A stretch of 64,000 bases of DNA from a virus. Position 1 is the first letter of the stretch. Every line of letters begins with the position of its first letter. Positions 16,964 to 26,135 of this stretch are shown here, in pieces. The notes beneath the pieces were generated by a model that was not told the origin of the DNA, searched no databases, and saw only the letters and a list, made by a program, of their open reading frames with translations. Location of the stretch: positions 1 through 64,000 of IMG/VR virus record IMGVR_UViG_3300020171_000019, one strand, 5' to 3'. A program made the translations under genes and the position numbers.

Positions 16964-18103
16964 TCAGGCTACGCATGAGCTTAAAGCCTCTACGTTAGCG
17001 CCTGACGGCACAGTCCGTGCCGATTGTAAGATGTTCTTGGCCGCGTTCTGGTCGCGGCACAACACTAAACCACAGGAATCGCAATGATACACCCGAACAG
17101 ACAGCGTAACTTTCTTGACAGGGATAACCCCGCACGCGAAGCACCGCTGCGTAGTGTATCTGGGATCGACCCCCACCACCTCGACCCCGGCGCATTCTGC
17201 CTTGAATCGGAGTATGTTCAGGAAGTTACCCCATCCTGCATCGTTGACGGACTTCGCCAACATACTGCGAGAAAGTCCCTTGACGTTCAGGTCTTCGTGA
17301 GCAATAAGGCCGTATTTACCGACAAGGGAAAGAGCGGTCTTGTGGTGAAAGTCTCGGCGTTGGTTCCCAACATGCAGATGCACTTTGGCTACACGCCTGA
17401 CTGCCTTTTTGCGACGGCGGCTTCCCCTCTTCTTTCGGGAGAGAGAGCGTTGTGCGATGCGGAGTTTCTTCTCTGCACCAGCGAAGAACCGTGGAGGATC
17501 AACAGAAGCACCGTCGGAAGTGACAAGAAACGACTTCAACCCCAGGTCAATACCAACAGGAGGATTGACGGACGGGATGACATCAACATCCGGGAGCTCA
17601 CAGGAGAAAGATACATACCACGACCCAGCTTTTGTGCTCACGGTCAGGGAAGCGATACGAGCATCCACGGGAAGCTCCCGATGCAACTTCACCTTCACCA
17701 TACCAACGTGCTGAACGTAGACCTTATGGCACTTCAGTTTGCTGCCGTCGCCGTATGTGAACTTCACAGAATCAAAACGACCCACACCCTTGAATCGGGG
17801 ATACCCAGGTTTTTCGCCAGTCTTAATCCTACGGAAGAAGTTTCGAAAAGCACGATCAAGACGGCGCAGGGTGTGTTGGCAGGAAGAGAAGTTGACACCC
17901 ACAAGGGAAGGAACGTCGGGGCGGTCCAGTGTCAGCCGAGCGGATTGTTCGGAATACTTCACGGATTTCTGATCATCCTCGAAAGAGTTCTTGCGCCAGG
18001 ACAAGGCCATGTTGTAAATCCGGCGGTGCGTCTCAAGCATCTGCTCAAGAGCGAGGACTTGAGTTTTGGTCGGATACAGGCGGTATTTGAATCCCTTACG
18101 CAT
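16964..18103 (-). CDS. tnpB: RNA-guided endonuclease TnpB with N-terminal IS605 OrfB HTH
   Basis: FKYRLYPT, GYPRFK, GIDLGL, AHEDLNV, CRDQNAAKNI; SD GGAG before ATG 18103. Confidence 0.93.
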   Translation of the reverse strand: MRKGFKYRLYPTKTQVLALEQMLETHRRIYNMALSWRKNSFEDDQKSVKYSEQSARLTLDRPDVPSLVGVNFSSCQHTLRRLDRAFRNFFRRIKTGEKPGYPRFKGVGRFDSVKFTYGDGSKLKCHKVYVQHVGMVKVKLHRELPVDARIASLTVSTKAGSWYVSFSCELPDVDVIPSVNPPVGIDLGLKSFLVTSDGASVDPPRFFAGAEKKLRIAQRSLSRKKRGSRRRKKAVRRVAKVHLHVGNQRRDFHHKTALSLVGKYGLIAHEDLNVKGLSRSMLAKSVNDAGWGNFLNILRFKAECAGVEVVGVDPRYTTQRCFACGVIPVKKVTLSVRVYHCDSCGLVLCRDQNAAKNILQSARTVPSGANVEALSSCVA

Positions 18104-18219
18104 GCTACTCTCCAAACAGAAAGGCCCACCGGGTGCGAATTGACTTGGTGAGCCAAAACCGGAGGGCCAGTCTATAAAACATGACAAAAAGGAAAACTCA
18201 CCTTTCAATTCGCATATAT

Positions 18220-18248
18220 AAGATACAACGAAAGGATTGCAATGTCAA
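18220..18248 (-). promoter_or_regulatory. Sigma70-type promoter inside IS element 2
   Basis: TTGACA-N17-TATCTT on the - strand. Confidence 0.7.
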
Positions 18249-18413
18249 GCGAAATCTCACAAAAAGGAGCAGGCGCATTCCTCTGTCGGCTAAACCCGAC
18301 AGTCCCCTGCGCCAAAGATGGATGGAATAAAGCGTGCATCTCATGGGAGCCATGAATACGAGCGAATACTACGAATAAAAGAAACTGGTGATTATCTAAC
18401 CAGGAGGATTTGA

Positions 18414-18821
18414 ATGATTGCGAAGAGGCCATACACAAGGCGGGCTATGTCTGCTGCTGAAGTGAAGGAAGAGAACCGAACTCTATCGACAGACATTCCT
18501 GAGCCTGTCATTTCCGAGAACGGCCACCGGCAACCATTCACGGGCTTATCGCCGGAGCGGTTCGTTCAGTTCGTGGAGAGGGCGCAGACTGTTATCCGTC
18601 GCATCAATCGGACTCCATCGCTGACTCTGCAAGTGCAGTTTGTGGTTGATCAGTTTGATGATGATGGACGACCGGCGCGGATGGCCGTATGGCAAGGCTC
18701 CCAGAACAGGCCGATGGCTATTTTCTCTAAGGACATCCTGCGAGTGAATACGGGATGGTTCTTGATGGAACTGAAACGCGACTTGACAACGACCGAATTC
18801 TTCCGAGGGTATCCGGCATGA
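18414..18821 (+). CDS. Hypothetical protein
   Basis: SD AGGAGG; ATGA overlap with the next ORF. Confidence 0.6.
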   Translation: MIAKRPYTRRAMSAAEVKEENRTLSTDIPEPVISENGHRQPFTGLSPERFVQFVERAQTVIRRINRTPSLTLQVQFVVDQFDDDGRPARMAVWQGSQNRPMAIFSKDILRVNTGWFLMELKRDLTTTEFFRGYPA

Positions 18822-19129
18822 ACATCAGACAGACGCCACCACAGTCAAGGATGAAGGTTCTGGCGCGGATGTCCCAGGGGTTACGGTTGGTGCCGGACGT
18901 GTGCGCCTTGTGCGCTAAGTTTCCGTGCCTGAATGAACATAACCAAATCAGAGAAACGGGAGACTTGAGCCTGGAGATGAACGGGAGCGTGAAGTATCAG
19001 TTTGTGCCCTGTGCAGACGAGGCGGGGTATCCGAGGGAGTATGTTGCGAAGGCGCGGTATGTGCCTCGCTTTGATGGTATCAAGTGGCAGAATCCGAGAC
19101 ATATGCTGCGGGTCGGGCAAGGAGGTTAG
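18818..19129 (+). CDS. Hypothetical protein
   Basis: Coupled to the upstream gene; stop abuts the portal start. Confidence 0.5.
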   Translation: MNIRQTPPQSRMKVLARMSQGLRLVPDVCALCAKFPCLNEHNQIRETGDLSLEMNGSVKYQFVPCADEAGYPREYVAKARYVPRFDGIKWQNPRHMLRVGQGG

Positions 19130-19130
19130 G

Positions 19131-20864
19131 GTGAGTCTACGCGAATGGTGGGACAAGCACGGATTGCTGACGCGATCGCAAGCGCACGAGATAGCTCATA
19201 GGGCCGGGGAGCAGGCGGTGCTGGAGGAGCGCCGGTGGTTGGGGTATGGGCAGGGAGACAGAGAAAGCAACATAGACGACCCTGTGACATTCGCGGAAGC
19301 CTGGCAGTGGGCCGAAGGCGCAAAGATTGCTAAGACCCTTGGACTCCACGAAGCAGCAGACTTCGACACGCTTGCGGCTCGGTCGGGATGGATCATGATG
19401 GGATTGTCTTCCGCGGAGGACGCAAACAGGGTTGTGCCGGACGGCAAGCTCCGGAATCTGCAGGACGCGGCATTCGAGAAGGCACAGAACAACCCACACG
19501 CCAAGGGAGCGGTGAAGGCGATTCGCAAGTATGTGGCAGGGCGAGGGGTGGCTGTTTCTTCTCCGGTGAAGGAAGTCAACGATGTAATCCAAGACTTCTG
19601 GCTGCAGAACGACATGAATGCTCGCCATAAGGCCATGGTGAGGTCGGTCTACATCGAGGGTGAGTATTTCTGCCTTTACAGTATCCATCCGGGCACGGGA
19701 CAGGTGACAATGCGGCGAATTCCTCCGAAGGAAATCACGGGCATAGAAACCGACCCCGAGGATATCGAGAACGTGTGGACATATCAGCGACAATTCTTGG
19801 GACCGACGGGTGCCAAAGAGGAGCGGTACTATGCCGACATTGACTACTATCGAACGCTGGCACAAGCCAAGACCGAGGGACTGGAGCCACTGCCACAATC
19901 ATCAGTGCATGATCACATCAGACAACAGGCCGTAGCGGGCGATGTTCTCGTGCAGTTCATCCGGTGGGGCGAAGAGGGTGAGAAGCGTGGGCGCGTGCCG
20001 ATGGCCGCAGAACTTCCCTACTTCAAGATGATGGAGCAGATTAACCAGGATGCGGCACGGCGGTGCCATGAGCAGGCCAAGGTGATTTGGCTCAAGAAGA
20101 TCACGGGCCGAACAGGTGAGGCAACCACACGAGAACGACGGGCACCGGCTGGTGGAGTAATGCTGGTAGAGACAGACAGTGTATCTTACCGCAGTGAATC
20201 CCCGAAGTTGGCCGCAGGAGATATGGAGACGGTGCGACTGATGTTGATTCACACGATTGGGGCGGGTCTCCAGATACCAGATGTCATTCTGGACAGCAAC
20301 GCAGATACTCAAAGTTATGCATCGATCAAGAAGTCAGATACTCCATTCTTGCAGGAGGTCTTAGACTGGCAGGACTTCTGGGACGATCATCTCCGTGTGA
20401 TGTTATCGGTGCCTATCCGGGCAGCTATTGAGGCCAAGCGATTGCAGCCGACCATCACAATTAACCGGTTTGTGGATGAGGCTGTCTGGGATGTAGTGGA
20501 TAGGGTAATCGAGGGCGTGATTGCACACGTGCCGATGAGTGAAATCCTGTCGGATGTCAAGCCCCTACTGGAAGGCAAGGAGGAGACTGTAACCATACCA
20601 ACCGAGGAAGCGCCCATTTCGATTATCTTCCCGATCCTGGTGCACGAGTCACCGCTTGAGCAAGCGCAGGCACTACAGGCCTGGCAGGCACTTGGGGTCA
20701 GCAATCAGACGATCGTCACGAAATTGGGGCTCGACTGGAAAGAGGAACTGGCGAACAGGAAGGCGATGCAGGAGATGGAAGCTCAGGCGGCTGAGGAACA
20801 GATGGCGAAGTTTGGACAGGGGAAGACTCCGGAACCTCCGGGCGGGATAATCCCGGGTGAGTGA
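19131..20864 (+). CDS. Portal protein
   Basis: Position between TerL and MuF; ~577 aa; NPHAKGAV..IRKYVAGRG, YIEGEYF, GRVPM, SYAS pattern; SD AAGGAGG. Confidence 0.8.
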   Translation: MSLREWWDKHGLLTRSQAHEIAHRAGEQAVLEERRWLGYGQGDRESNIDDPVTFAEAWQWAEGAKIAKTLGLHEAADFDTLAARSGWIMMGLSSAEDANRVVPDGKLRNLQDAAFEKAQNNPHAKGAVKAIRKYVAGRGVAVSSPVKEVNDVIQDFWLQNDMNARHKAMVRSVYIEGEYFCLYSIHPGTGQVTMRRIPPKEITGIETDPEDIENVWTYQRQFLGPTGAKEERYYADIDYYRTLAQAKTEGLEPLPQSSVHDHIRQQAVAGDVLVQFIRWGEEGEKRGRVPMAAELPYFKMMEQINQDAARRCHEQAKVIWLKKITGRTGEATTRERRAPAGGVMLVETDSVSYRSESPKLAAGDMETVRLMLIHTIGAGLQIPDVILDSNADTQSYASIKKSDTPFLQEVLDWQDFWDDHLRVMLSVPIRAAIEAKRLQPTITINRFVDEAVWDVVDRVIEGVIAHVPMSEILSDVKPLLEGKEETVTIPTEEAPISIIFPILVHESPLEQAQALQAWQALGVSNQTIVTKLGLDWKEELANRKAMQEMEAQAAEEQMAKFGQGKTPEPPGGIIPGE

Positions 20865-21250
20865 AATGTGCAAGCACACAAGAAGACTGAGGGGTTATGC
20901 GGAAGGAGCAATAGCAACGGCGATGGCCGGCTTGATAGTTGTGGTCGTTCTTGTTATTGGATTCTTTGTGTTTCTTGGTCTCGTGATTCGGGCGACGTAT
21001 GACATGGCGGTGCTCACGATAGCCTGCCGGAAAGGAAGGGCGTAAGCATGACCGCAAGAGCAAGCAAGGCGAAGGTGGAGCCTGTTACGGTGCCAGTGCT
21101 GCAGCCGGAAGTAATACTGACTCAGCACGAACCCACGGCGGTTGCAATCCACGAGATAACGGCAAGGCTGGAATCCGTTGAGCGGATACAGAAGGAAATT
21201 CTTGAACATCTGAGGCGGTCGTTTCCGTCCACATTCAGGAGGATCGGAGC

Positions 21251-21601
21251 GTGAAGGCTGATATATGGATTCTGGTCGGGCTTATGTGTGCAGCTTTGTG
21301 CGGCACTGTGATTGGAGTTGAGAGCGCAACAGATGCACCCAAGAAGACGCCTGTAACATTCCGCGGTGTGCCCTTGACGCCAGACAGCACGATGGCAGAG
21401 GTGTATCACGATCCAGCAAAAGCCGCCTATGTCAGAATGATCCTGAAGGACAACGGCAACGGAAGCCTTACGAGTGAATCGGGTCACCTGTTGTTCATTG
21501 CATCCCCGGCCTGGGCAGACAGCACGAAGCGGCAGGCGATACTCATGATGTTCAGGGCGCAGGAAGTGCTACAGCAAGCGACGGAGGCGTTGAGAAAATG
21601 A
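21251..21601 (+). CDS. Hypothetical exported or membrane-anchored protein
   Basis: Signal-peptide-like MKADIWILVGLMCAALCGTVIGVESA; lies among small hydrophobic ORFs 20857-21822. Confidence 0.5.
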   Translation: MKADIWILVGLMCAALCGTVIGVESATDAPKKTPVTFRGVPLTPDSTMAEVYHDPAKAAYVRMILKDNGNGSLTSESGHLLFIASPAWADSTKRQAILMMFRAQEVLQQATEALRK

Positions 21602-21821
21602 TACAAACACTCTTGATAGGGATGGCGATGCAGGCTGTTATTACTGGTGTGTTGTCAGAAATGCAGGTTATTCGACTGTCCGCAGGCCAACAGTTCTGCG
21701 TCGCGGGAGTGCTTGTTGTGTTTTGGGTCGGCATTGAAGTGGAGGCATACTGGAGGAGAACATCATGCTCCCGATATAGGCGTAAATGCCTAAAGCAAGA
21801 GGCAAAAAGGGAAGGCAGATA

Positions 21822-23897
21822 ATGATCCCCCTTCGCGCATTCGGCAGAGACCTTCAGAAAGTCCACCTCCGGCGGGAGGCCGGGCTTGTTCGGGACACAA
21901 AGTCGATACTGGACAGAATGCGCAGGGACATGACTGCCACGGCTGATGAGTGGCTTGACGCAATGGTAATCAACGGGCAGCTCAACTACAAGCTCTGGGA
22001 CAGATGGCAGCGGTCGTTCGTGAATGCACTCCACAGGAACATCAAGGACGCCTATGACGATCTGGCAGGGTTGACAATCACAGCGCAAAAGACCGCGTTT
22101 GATACTGCATCCAGTGCCATAGTTGCCGAGTTCAAGACGCTGTATCCGATGATCAAGGTCGAGAAGACAGACAAAGAGCCTAAGCCACTGACGTTCATCG
22201 ACAAGTCTTTGGAGGCACTACATGCCGAGTGCTGCGCAGAACTTATGGAGTCTGGTATTGGCCAGGAACAGGCCGAAGCACAATCGTGGGCCTCCGTAAC
22301 TGCGTGGAGTTCGATCGAGGAGGCAAGGATTCCGGTACTTCAAGTTGGCAAGGGGAGAGTGACGCCGGAGTATCTTCAGTTCTTGCGGGATCAAACACGG
22401 TCGGACATCGCTCCTGGGAATCTCATCAAGACCATATCGGCGGATCAATTGAAGGTGGTTCAGGGCACTCTTGTGTCGGCGATGGAAAAAGGCAAGGACA
22501 TGCGATGGACGAAAGACAAGATAATGAGTGAGCTTGGCAAGGGGATGATCGACGAAAAAGCCAAGGAGAAACTTGACTACAACGTAATGCGGATTGTTAG
22601 GACGTCTCACAACAGGGCGGCCAATGCAAGTATTGCCTATTTCTCTGCGCAGAATCCAGTGGTTGCCGAGATGGAGAGAGTCGCGGATGGGAGACCTTGC
22701 GCGGCATGTATAACCGGGGACACAAAAATCATAACAAAAGATGGCCGAAAGCCGATAACCGATGTACAGATTGGGGATGAGGTATTGACACACAAGGGCA
22801 GGTTTATGCCAGTCCTACAAACTATGTCGCGAGGGTATTGTGGCGTGATGGTGCTCATTCATGCAAGAGGAAGGAGCTTGCGTATGACTCCGGAGCACGA
22901 AATTCTTACAGAGTACGGTTTTGTGCCGGCTATGACGCTTAAGCATAGCGACGGCATTGTCGTGTGGGATGATAAGGCGAAGGAGATGTTTTATTGTCGA
23001 CCAGACTGGTTCACATTGTACGAAGATGAACCTTGGGAAGAGATGGTCTATAATCTCGAAGTGGCCGAGGATAACTCGTACGTAGCAAACGGGATATGTG
23101 TCCACAATTGTCTTATCCTCGATGGTACTCGATACGCTAAGGGGCAGGTGCTTGTAGACCACCCTAACGGGATGTGCCTATTGACGCCTGTCGTGAAGAG
23201 CCTCGAAGAGATGGGTTACGACTACAACAGCCTTCCGGAGACAGCCAAGAAAGCATGGGTGAGGCAAGAGCGGCCACATCCACCAATGAAGATCGAGTTC
23301 TATGAATTGCCGGAGAAGGATCAACGCATTGTGCTCGGCAATTCGACATTTGAGTTGTGGAAGAAGGAGAAGTTCCCTCTTGAGGCATTGGTGGTGCGGA
23401 GTAAGGGGTGGTTGACTCCTATCACGTTCAAGGATCTACAGGCGAAGATTAGCACCCTCGGCGGACTGTCTGCACCCAAGGCAAGTCTGACGTTGGCCGA
23501 TGGAACTATGAGAATACTTACCGCCGCAGATCGGGCGATTACGCTTCCCCTCGATCCTGTGGACAGAGCGAACCCAGATGCGGTTATATGGCAAGGACAA
23601 CCTCCTCGGGTGTCAGGCCAGTATCAACAGGATTTGTTTGGGATGGGCGTTGACGGGATGATACCGGAAAGCGTGAGGGCACAGGCTGAGGACTGGTTGT
23701 TCTCGGTTGGCAAGTTACCAGATGATGCAACTTGGAGGGCGCAGGCCATAGCAGGGGCGAAGTGGCAGGAGTTCAATGAATACGCTCGGACCCTGGGGCT
23801 CTACGCACGGAAGGGCACAGATGGACGATTCTACTATGTCGTGCCAAAGGGCAAGGAGTTCAATGCGGCGATGCGGCTGACCAAGAAGGCATCATAA
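21822..23897 (+). CDS. MuF / SPP1 gp7-like minor head protein with mini-intein and C-terminal extension
   Basis: RIVRT...RA.N; after intein removal DGRPCAACLILDG...HPNGMC.L.P. Confidence 0.85.
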   Translation: MIPLRAFGRDLQKVHLRREAGLVRDTKSILDRMRRDMTATADEWLDAMVINGQLNYKLWDRWQRSFVNALHRNIKDAYDDLAGLTITAQKTAFDTASSAIVAEFKTLYPMIKVEKTDKEPKPLTFIDKSLEALHAECCAELMESGIGQEQAEAQSWASVTAWSSIEEARIPVLQVGKGRVTPEYLQFLRDQTRSDIAPGNLIKTISADQLKVVQGTLVSAMEKGKDMRWTKDKIMSELGKGMIDEKAKEKLDYNVMRIVRTSHNRAANASIAYFSAQNPVVAEMERVADGRPCAACITGDTKIITKDGRKPITDVQIGDEVLTHKGRFMPVLQTMSRGYCGVMVLIHARGRSLRMTPEHEILTEYGFVPAMTLKHSDGIVVWDDKAKEMFYCRPDWFTLYEDEPWEEMVYNLEVAEDNSYVANGICVHNCLILDGTRYAKGQVLVDHPNGMCLLTPVVKSLEEMGYDYNSLPETAKKAWVRQERPHPPMKIEFYELPEKDQRIVLGNSTFELWKKEKFPLEALVVRSKGWLTPITFKDLQAKISTLGGLSAPKASLTLADGTMRILTAADRAITLPLDPVDRANPDAVIWQGQPPRVSGQYQQDLFGMGVDGMIPESVRAQAEDWLFSVGKLPDDATWRAQAIAGAKWQEFNEYARTLGLYARKGTDGRFYYVVPKGKEFNAAMRLTKKAS
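22707..23108 (+). mobile_element. Mini-intein (134 aa, no homing endonuclease)
   Basis: Starts CITGDT; block B TPEH; VYNLEV; ends VHN followed by +1 Cys. Confidence 0.92.
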
Positions 23898-23913
23898 CCA
23901 GAAGGAAACTACA

Positions 23914-24144
23914 ATGCTTAATGCCACATGCCCGAAATGTGATAACGACAAGACGATCAAGCAGTATAAGGCTGGCACGAGTGCAGGCAAGACTGGAATC
24001 CCGGAGTGCCTGGTATGGAGATGTATATCTTGCGGTTATACATGGAGAACGCCTTGTGCCGATGCAACAAATGATGAGTCTGTGAATGTCACAGAGGTAG
24101 GGCCGATCCATCCACTCATGGAGGCCAGATTCGGTACGGCATAG
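23914..24144 (+). CDS. Zinc-ribbon protein
   Basis: CPKC...CISCGYTW. Confidence 0.6.
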   Translation: MLNATCPKCDNDKTIKQYKAGTSAGKTGIPECLVWRCISCGYTWRTPCADATNDESVNVTEVGPIHPLMEARFGTA

Positions 24145-24165
24145 TTGCGCGTGAGAGGAGGGCGC

Positions 24166-24366
24166 ATGGGGCCACTGAGGGAGATATACGACGTGGAAGC
24201 CGTAGCGCGGCATTTCGGAAAATCGCCCAAGACAATCTTGAGGATGATTTATGCGGGGCGCATAAATGCTGCGAAGGTCGGACGGTCTTGGTGTATCCAT
24301 CGGGAAGTCATTGAGGAGATGGATCAGCGGATTCGACACGGTAATTTGGCGCATGCTGGACATTGA
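24166..24366 (+). CDS. Excisionase-like helix-turn-helix (HTH_17) protein
   Basis: YDVEAVARHFGKSPKTILRMIYAGRINAAKVGRSWCI; SD GAGGAGG. Confidence 0.8.
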   Translation: MGPLREIYDVEAVARHFGKSPKTILRMIYAGRINAAKVGRSWCIHREVIEEMDQRIRHGNLAHAGH

Positions 24367-24399
24367 AGGACAGAACAGACAGGAATAACAAGAAAGGCC

Positions 24400-24428
24400 T
24401 TGACAAGCATATGACTATATAGTATATT
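24400..24428 (+). promoter_or_regulatory. Sigma70-type promoter of the capsid operon
   Basis: TTGACA-N17-TATATT. Confidence 0.78.
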
Positions 24429-24464
24429 CGCTCAGAAAGCAACAGTATCGCGGTAGGCAGCATA

Positions 24465-24507
24465 GGCACGCTTGGGGTTTTCCCCTCCCCAGGCGTGCTT
24501 TCTTTTT
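24465..24507 (+). terminator. Intrinsic terminator between the promoter and the prohead protease gene
   Basis: 12-bp stem GCACGCTTGGGG/CCCCAGGCGTGC followed by TTTCTTTTT. Confidence 0.8.
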
Positions 24508-24524
24508 GGAAGGAGGAGAGGCTG

Positions 24525-26111
24525 ATGAGTATTGCCCGGTTGCGAGTAGCAACATCACTGAGTGAAGCAAAGTTCGACGATGAACAAAAGACGATCCTGG
24601 TGAGGGTCTTGTCTCCTGGTTGGAGCAAGAACGGGAACTACTACTCCCCGACTGTGGCGGCGTCACTGGCCGAGAAGGTGAAGGAGTCTGCGAAATCATA
24701 TATCGACCACAAGCAGAATCCAGAAACAAAAGCATTCGGTCGGTCACTTCGGGATTGGGCAGCGACGGTCGAGGACACGTTTGTTGAGTCTGGCGTGCCG
24801 TATGCCAAACTGCGAATGACTGAGAATCCGGAGAGTGCGTGGCTTTATGAAGAGGCTAAGAAGAATCCGGGAGAAGTAGGCATCTCTATTGACGCGCAGG
24901 CGAAGGTCACAGAAAACGGTGAGGCAGAAGGGCGTAAGGGGCGGGTTGTTGATGAGATCATGAGTGCGCGGTGCGATCTGGTTGCATCTCCCTCGGCAGG
25001 TGGACAGGTAATGCAGGTACTTCAGTCGATGGGCGATGTCGAGGAGATGGATGGCGAGAAAAAGACCATGCCCATGTCGATGATGGACATCAAGACCATG
25101 CAGGATATGAACAAGAAGCGCAGAGAGGAAAATGACAAGGAATGGGACTTGATGGACTCATTCAAGACTGTCATGCGCAACATCCATAATCCTGAGAATG
25201 GAGCGAGTGACGAGGAAAAGGCCATTGCATTTGACACGGCGCTTGAAGACCTCAAGAACGGACTGAGCCAGATCGATTGGAAAGCGGTGTTTGCCGATAC
25301 TGATCACGTGATGGCGTCCTGCGGAGTAGATGTTGAATTGCTCGGCTACGTGCTTACAGAGGCAGACCTCCCAGAGGCAGTTACGTCATGGTCTGTAATC
25401 ACGGAGGCTTATACCTTCTCGGGTGACAGTTGGGCGACAGTAGACAAGTCAGCCCTGGCACCAGAAGACCATCTGATTGTCGGAGATCCCGCAGTCAAGG
25501 GCACATGGCACCTGCCCTACAAGAAGGGGAACGTAGTCTACAAGGGTGCGCTGCGGGCAATCTCGACAATCCTGAAAACCGGGAAATTCAGAGGCAAGGC
25601 AATGACATTCACGATCCCGGATGACGTAAAGGTGAAAGTGGAAGGGCTGTTGAAGGCGGCCAAAATCGGCCAATATGCAGAGAGTGTGCCAGAAGTGGCG
25701 CCAATCACAAAGGAGGTAGATGTGACTGACGAAGAAATCAAGCAGGCAATCGCTGAATCACTCAACCCGATTCTGGCGAAGCTGGAAGTCCTGGACGTGT
25801 CGCTGAAGGCTGTGGCTCCTGTTATCGACCGGCTGGATGCGGCTGACAAGGCTGTGACCCATCGCGCCAAGATTACACAGGCAGCGGCAGAGGTTGGTCT
25901 TCCTGGGGCGTATCTGAGCGAGGTCTTCATGCAGGGGTTGATGAACCTGTCTGATGACACGACGATCAAGGAGGCACTGAACGACAGAAAGTCGCTGGTA
26001 TTCCGCACGGCGGGACGGGCGGTGGATAGCGGAGTGACGTATCCTGTGATTGAGATGCAGGAAGTGGCTGCTGCCAAGGATGCGGCTGGACGACTGTCGT
26101 TGTTCAACTAA
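24525..26111 (+). CDS. Prohead protease / scaffold fusion
   Basis: GWSKNGNYYS, YIDH, GISI and DLVASPSAGG protease-like motifs; helical C-terminus; upstream of the capsid genes. Confidence 0.8.
   Translation: MSIARLRVATSLSEAKFDDEQKTILVRVLSPGWSKNGNYYSPTVAASLAEKVKESAKSYIDHKQNPETKAFGRSLRDWAATVEDTFVESGVPYAKLRMTENPESAWLYEEAKKNPGEVGISIDAQAKVTENGEAEGRKGRVVDEIMSARCDLVASPSAGGQVMQVLQSMGDVEEMDGEKKTMPMSMMDIKTMQDMNKKRREENDKEWDLMDSFKTVMRNIHNPENGASDEEKAIAFDTALEDLKNGLSQIDWKAVFADTDHVMASCGVDVELLGYVLTEADLPEAVTSWSVITEAYTFSGDSWATVDKSALAPEDHLIVGDPAVKGTWHLPYKKGNVVYKGALRAISTILKTGKFRGKAMTFTIPDDVKVKVEGLLKAAKIGQYAESVPEVAPITKEVDVTDEEIKQAIAESLNPILAKLEVLDVSLKAVAPVIDRLDAADKAVTHRAKITQAAAEVGLPGAYLSEVFMQGLMNLSDDTTIKEALNDRKSLVFRTAGRAVDSGVTYPVIEMQEVAAAKDAAGRLSLFN
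25722..26111 (+). CDS. Probable nested in-frame scaffold protein (internal start)
   Basis: SD AAGGAGGT before in-frame GTG 25722, like lambda C/Nu3. Confidence 0.55.
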   Translation: MTDEEIKQAIAESLNPILAKLEVLDVSLKAVAPVIDRLDAADKAVTHRAKITQAAAEVGLPGAYLSEVFMQGLMNLSDDTTIKEALNDRKSLVFRTAGRAVDSGVTYPVIEMQEVAAAKDAAGRLSLFN

Positions 26112-26135
26112 CGACAGAGGAAGGAGGGCGCAGAC

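Larger units (their letters stand above)
16931..18315 (-). mobile_element. Non-autonomous IS200/IS605-family (tnpB-only) element 2
   Basis: On the - strand: left end identical over 41 bp to element 1; right end GAAGCCCCCTGCTTCAGCGGGGGGAGTGGTCAC; inserted just after terL. Confidence 0.85.

Noticed and set aside
3128-18103. TnpBs as nuclease-dead repressors (TldR), Cas12 effectors or IStrons
   Set aside because: Both keep all three RuvC acidic residues, no CRISPR array is adjacent, and the left ends are too short for a group I intron core.
17084-18151. Long antisense ORFs (17084..18151 +, 48440..49429 -, 27071..27943 -, 3476..4237 -, 733..1536 -)
   Set aside because: They lie opposite well-supported genes and show no motifs or SD, so they are treated as shadow ORFs.
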